This document shows positions 59,775 to 64,000 of a stretch of DNA of 64,000 nucleotides, piece after piece (positions within the stretch are counted from its first letter, which is position 1; each line of letters begins with the position of its first letter). A program made the position numbers and the translations under genes. The notes beneath the pieces were generated by a model. That model worked only from the letters and a program-made list of their open reading frames with translations, searched no databases and was not told where the DNA came from. This DNA is from Nostoc sp. GTDB lineage: Bacteria; Cyanobacteriota; Cyanobacteriia; Cyanobacteriales; Nostocaceae. The stretch spans positions 1 through 64,000 of the forward strand of contig JBALDB010000007.1 in assembly GCA_036918135.1 (NCBI GenBank), written 5' to 3'.

Positions 59775-60347
59775 TTATTTAACACCAGCAGGTATTCTTT
59801 GAGTTGGAGTAGTATTAGCTTTGCCATTCTCCGCCTTAATTTCTGCTACTTGCAAATGAGCTTCTAAGAACCAGAGTCGTTTGTCAATGGTGCGGGAAAT
59901 TTCGGTGTAAAGGTCAGCAGTATCGAGGTCTCCTAATTCATCTGTTTTATCGATCGCTTGCCGCACATGTTTAGCATAGAGTGCATAACGATCTGACAAG
60001 GCTGTTACATGATCTTTACCATCCAAAATATCTAAAGGATATTCTGGCAAAATTGAATTACTAGCTGCGGCGCGGGCTGTTCCATAAGCGTATCCACCTA
60101 AAGCTGTAACGCGTTCAGCTAACATATCGATGTATCCTTCTAATTCTCCAGCAAGTTCATCAAATAATAGGTGTAGCTGGTAGAAGTCAGTTCCTTTAAC
60201 GTTCCAGTGCGCTTGCTTTGCTTGGGTTTTCAGATCCGAAGTAGCTGCCACGCTTTGGTTAAGAAGTACCACAATTTGCACTCGCGCTTCGGCAGGAATG
60301 TCAATGCGGGTTGGGTACAGACGTGATGTAATAGTGTTGTCGCTCAT
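59775..60347 (-). CDS. dps: DNA protection during starvation protein (Dps)
   Basis: KQAHWNVKG..FYQLHLLFDE...DMLAERV..LGG; DLDTADL...DKRLWFLEAHL. Confidence 0.93.
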   Translation of the reverse strand: MSDNTITSRLYPTRIDIPAEARVQIVVLLNQSVAATSDLKTQAKQAHWNVKGTDFYQLHLLFDELAGELEGYIDMLAERVTALGGYAYGTARAAASNSILPEYPLDILDGKDHVTALSDRYALYAKHVRQAIDKTDELGDLDTADLYTEISRTIDKRLWFLEAHLQVAEIKAENGKANTTPTQRIPAGVK

Positions 60348-60463
60348 GGATCTTACGTTAATGCCTTTTATATCCAACTTTACAGAAAATGCCTGGCTGT
60401 GCGAAACTCTCTGACGATAGATTGAATTAATGCCTGAATGTGTTAAGATTTATAAATAAGATG

Positions 60464-61510
60464 TTAACTACGATGATTTTCTATGGTATCGAATGTACCA
60501 CCGAAAAGGCGTTCGTGAATAACATCGCTGTGCAAAAAGTCATGGGGGAAACCCAGTTCAATTTGACTCACTTCATCTAACCGTTGCAAATGTTCTGGCG
60601 AGAGTCGCAGATCTAAAGAAGCTAAGTTATCTTGAAATTGCGTTAATTTACGCGCCCCAACAATTGGAATAATCACCCCGCTTTGAGCGCTTAACCAAGC
60701 TAATGCTACTTGTGATGGTGTGTGACCAATTTCTGCTGCAACTTGGCTGACAACTTCAGCGATCGCTAAATTTTTCTCGGAAATCTCTCCTCCCAAAGTC
60801 TTGAGTCGCCCTTCGCCGCCTTCTTGAGAAGACTTATTATACTTACCTGTCAGCACACCACCACCCAAGGGTGACCACGGTGTTACTGCTAAATCGAAGG
60901 CTTTAGCCATCGGGATTAAATCGCGTTCTGGTGTTCGCTGAATCAGACTATACTCAATTTGCAGGGCGACAAACTGCGTCCATCCTTGGTATTGAGCGAT
61001 AGTATTTGCTTGGGAAACGATCCAAGCAGGGGCATCAGAAATACCGATGTAAAGTACTTTTCCTTGACGGACGACATCATCAAGCGATCGCAACACTTCC
61101 TCAATAGGTGTGGTAAAGTCCCAAGCGTGCAGCCAGAATAAGTCAATATATTCAGTATTCAACCGCTTCAGGCTACCTTCTAGAGACTGGATTAAATTCT
61201 TGCGATGATTTCCACTACCATTGGGGTTACCGTTTTTGTCAGTCATCCGCAAGGGAAAGGAATATTTCGTAGCAACTACAAAGCGTTCCCGGTCTTCGGC
61301 GATTAATTCACCGACAATTTTTTCACTGCTACCATCGGTATAACCATTGGCGGTGTCAATAAAATTGCCTCCTGCTTCCACAAAAGCATCGAAGACTTTA
61401 CCGCTTTCGTCTTTGGAAGCACCCCAACCCCAATCTTCACCGAAGGTCATGGTTCCTAAGCAGAGTTCAGAGACTCTTAACCCGCTTTTGCCCAAGAGTT
61501 TGTATTTCAT
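60464..61510 (-). CDS. Aldo/keto reductase
   Basis: LGKSGLRVSELCLGTMTFG, NFIDTANGY, ATKY, SLKRLNTEYIDL, PWSPLGGG. Confidence 0.95.
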   Translation of the reverse strand: MKYKLLGKSGLRVSELCLGTMTFGEDWGWGASKDESGKVFDAFVEAGGNFIDTANGYTDGSSEKIVGELIAEDRERFVVATKYSFPLRMTDKNGNPNGSGNHRKNLIQSLEGSLKRLNTEYIDLFWLHAWDFTTPIEEVLRSLDDVVRQGKVLYIGISDAPAWIVSQANTIAQYQGWTQFVALQIEYSLIQRTPERDLIPMAKAFDLAVTPWSPLGGGVLTGKYNKSSQEGGEGRLKTLGGEISEKNLAIAEVVSQVAAEIGHTPSQVALAWLSAQSGVIIPIVGARKLTQFQDNLASLDLRLSPEHLQRLDEVSQIELGFPHDFLHSDVIHERLFGGTFDTIENHRS

Positions 61511-61680
61511 GAATATTTTCTCTTTAATGAAAAAACTATGCCGATACTATCCCAAAGGCATGATAACTAGAAATCAGCGGTGATGTCTGACTTAATGCAT
61601 TAACCTACAAAAATTTATATCAGGTTCGGTTAAAGTTTGCTACTTACCTATTGTCTTCCGATATAAGAAAGTTCAAAAAT

Positions 61681-62085
61681 CTAATTTTCTTCAAATCTCA
61701 GTTTTGAACTTCTGATGTAGTCTTCTTCAATCTCAAAAGCTAACCATCTTCTTTCTAGAGTTTCTGCAACTCGACCTGTCATATTAGAACCAGCAAAGGG
61801 TTCCAAAACAATATCACCTGGTTCTGTACAAAGATTGATCGCAAACTCTGGTAAAGCTTGTGGGAATCTTGCCGGATGTGGCTTCAAACCTTGTTCTTTG
61901 CAACGCCTTTGGTAATAATCATTTGAAGCAGTATTCGAGGCAGAAATTACATTTACAGGCTGGAGTAAATCTTCAGAAAAAGTTTCTTCTACAATAGTGT
62001 ATTGCCCTATTTCTTCCTGGTATATACCGGAATTTCCATTAGTTATTTTTTTATTAATTAGCTGGCTGAATAAGTAAAGGGGCAA
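61681..62085 (-). pseudogene. C-terminal fragment of an N4/N6 DNA methyltransferase (beta-class layout)
   Basis: HPARFP..LPEFAI...TEPGDIVLEPFAGSNMTG...LERRWLAFEI. No (S/D)PP(Y/F) catalytic motif or N-terminal half present. Confidence 0.75.
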
Positions 62086-62214
62086 ATATGTGCGTCAAGT
62101 GTAAGATATATTTATAGGTATAAATTTTACTAAATATAATTAATTGATTTTTATTAACACTTACATAATTTTGAGGAAAACCAAACATTCTCTGAAAAGT
62201 TTGATTTTTCAAAG

Positions 62215-64000
62215 CTAAAGTACTGGTCGTTTACTTTCGAGGATTTCTGTTGCTTTTTGAGCAGATAGTGGTCGGTAGAATAGAAAGCCTTGTACATCCT
62301 CACAATTGATAGATTTCAAAAACTCTAATTCCTCTTCGTTTTCTACCCCTTCGGCTGTCAGCCTCAATCCCAAGTTCCGCCCCAAGCTAACTATGGCCTT
62401 GATAATATGAGCTACTTTGACATCGTGGGTCAAATCTTGGACGAAAGATTTATCGATTTTCAAATTGTGGAGTGGCAAAAGCTGTAAGCGCGAGAGGGAA
62501 GAATGACCAGTACCAAAGTCATCAATGGAGAGATAAACGCCCATTTGCTGTAAATTCTCTAATACGGTTCGAGTGAAGTCTAAATCCTCAATGGCTGTGG
62601 TTTCGGTAATTTCTAACTCTAAAAAGTGGGCTTCTAGCCCCGTTTGTTCTAAAATTTTGGCTACAGTCTCTACTAATTGTGGTTGGCGGAATTGCTTAAG
62701 AGAAAGATTAACAGCGATAGTTAGGGGTGGTAAGCCTGCATCTTGCCAAGCTTTATTTTGGCTACAGGCTGTTCGCAGCACCCATTCACCAATGGAGACA
62801 ATTAATCCACTTTGTTCGGCTAGAGGAATGAAAACACTAGGTGCAATCAGTCCCATCTCTGGGTGTTGCCAACGCAACAAAGCCTCCATTCCAGTAATCT
62901 CTTTTGTATTAATATTTATACGTGGTTGATAGTACAGAGAAAATTCTTTGCGTTCTAGGGCATAACGCAAGCTTTTCTCTAAAGTCAGGAGTTCGGGATT
63001 TTTAGCGCTCAGCGAAGCACTGTAGAATTGGTAGTTATTTCGCCCTTTATCTTTGGCGTGATACAAAGCTGTATCTGCGTGCTGAATTAGTGTTTCAGCG
63101 TCAGGGCTATTGATATCAAGCAGCGCAATCCCAAGACTGGCACTGATGTAAAGTTCATGCTCTTGCAGATGGAAGGCATCTTCTAAAGTTTGTAAAATTC
63201 TCTGCGCCACTTGGGTTACTTCTTCGATATTATTCACTCGCGGGAGTAAAATAGTGAATTCATCGCCTCCCCAACGGGCTACAGTATCTCCTTTTCTAAG
63301 TGAGTCTTTTAATCTTTGAGCGACATTTTGTAATAACTTATCTCCCAGCGTGTGCCCAAGAGTGTCATTGATTACCTTGAAGCGATCCAAGTCGAGGAAA
63401 ATCACAGCTAAACTTTCCCCGTTGCGAGTTGCATTCGGCAGGGTTTTGCATAGCATCTGGTCAAATAGTAGACGGTTAGGTAATCCTGTGAGCATATCAT
63501 GGAGGGCTTGATAGCGAATCTTTTCTTCTACCTGCTGGCGCTGGCGTGCGCCAATAATACTGGCAGCCATCGTCAACAGGGTAGATTCTTCGTGCCTTGA
63601 CCAATGACGCTCAAAAGTGCAGTCTGCCAAGCCAAGGTAACCCCAAAACTCGTTTTCCAGCCGCAGAGGTACTAGAAGCAGGGATTGAATGCCATCTCGA
63701 ATCAGGAATTGTTGTTCGGCGACGAGAAATGTTTGGGTGAGTCCGCTAATTGACTGCCCATTAGAGAGAACATTGTACCAACGGCTTAATCCAGAAGCTT
63801 CATAAGGTTGATTCTGCCAAAGGTGTCCAGTACGTTGAATAAAAGAGCGTGTCCATTCAAACCGCAGGCTCATTACTATTTCTCCTGTGGTTGGATGGGG
63901 ATGGTTTTGAAAAAGATAAGCACGATCTGCCTTAGCAGCTTCGCCCAAAACAGCTAGAGCTCGCTCAATACCAGTTTCATAATTCATTTCGCTGAGCAAA
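62215..64000 (-). CDS. GAF-GGDEF-EAL diguanylate cyclase/phosphodiesterase (5' end outside window)
   Basis: HDMLTGLPNR, DLDRFK.INDTLGH, RWGGDEF, EALLRW, ELEITE, IDDFGTG, LKIDKSF, AEGVE. Confidence 0.95.
   Translation of the reverse strand, partial: LLSEMNYETGIERALAVLGEAAKADRAYLFQNHPHPTTGEIVMSLRFEWTRSFIQRTGHLWQNQPYEASGLSRWYNVLSNGQSISGLTQTFLVAEQQFLIRDGIQSLLLVPLRLENEFWGYLGLADCTFERHWSRHEESTLLTMAASIIGARQRQQVEEKIRYQALHDMLTGLPNRLLFDQMLCKTLPNATRNGESLAVIFLDLDRFKVINDTLGHTLGDKLLQNVAQRLKDSLRKGDTVARWGGDEFTILLPRVNNIEEVTQVAQRILQTLEDAFHLQEHELYISASLGIALLDINSPDAETLIQHADTALYHAKDKGRNNYQFYSASLSAKNPELLTLEKSLRYALERKEFSLYYQPRININTKEITGMEALLRWQHPEMGLIAPSVFIPLAEQSGLIVSIGEWVLRTACSQNKAWQDAGLPPLTIAVNLSLKQFRQPQLVETVAKILEQTGLEAHFLELEITETTAIEDLDFTRTVLENLQQMGVYLSIDDFGTGHSSLSRLQLLPLHNLKIDKSFVQDLTHDVKVAHIIKAIVSLGRNLGLRLTAEGVENEEELEFLKSINCEDVQGFLFYRPLSAQKATEILESKRPVL

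Overview
The window looks like a heterocyst-forming cyanobacterium (Nostoc/Anabaena-like), judging by the frequent HIP1 GCGATCGC sites, heptamer repeats and short dispersed repeats (SDRs). The first 17.6 kb hold the baseplate half of a contractile injection system (eCIS/tCIS type): tube, tape-measure-like protein, Afp7-like protein, VgrG spike, PAAR tip, gp25, baseplate J, baseplate I and a fibre/DUF4159 protein. Sheath, cap and ATPase genes are not in the window. Two antisense cargo genes flank the cluster and share an N-terminal leader. The left one (1..2088, minus strand) is missing from the ORF track because it runs off the window edge. It encodes leader, acidic QR repeats, a DUF4157 HExxH core, a putative AID/APOBEC-like Zn deaminase (HAE...C-x13-C) and Lys/Glu-rich 31-aa tandem repeats. 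The right one lacks the DUF4157 core and carries a putative Zn-dependent phospholipase C starting directly after a QR motif. The remainder contains an IS630 remnant, a GC-rich katG, nifJ with in-frame repeat insertions, two repeat-rich surface proteins, a membrane-anchored HEAT-repeat/NTPase protein with hypervariable repeat positions, redox, stress and transport genes, several pseudogene fragments and many small mobile repeats. All calls were made by eye from motifs; no searches were run.
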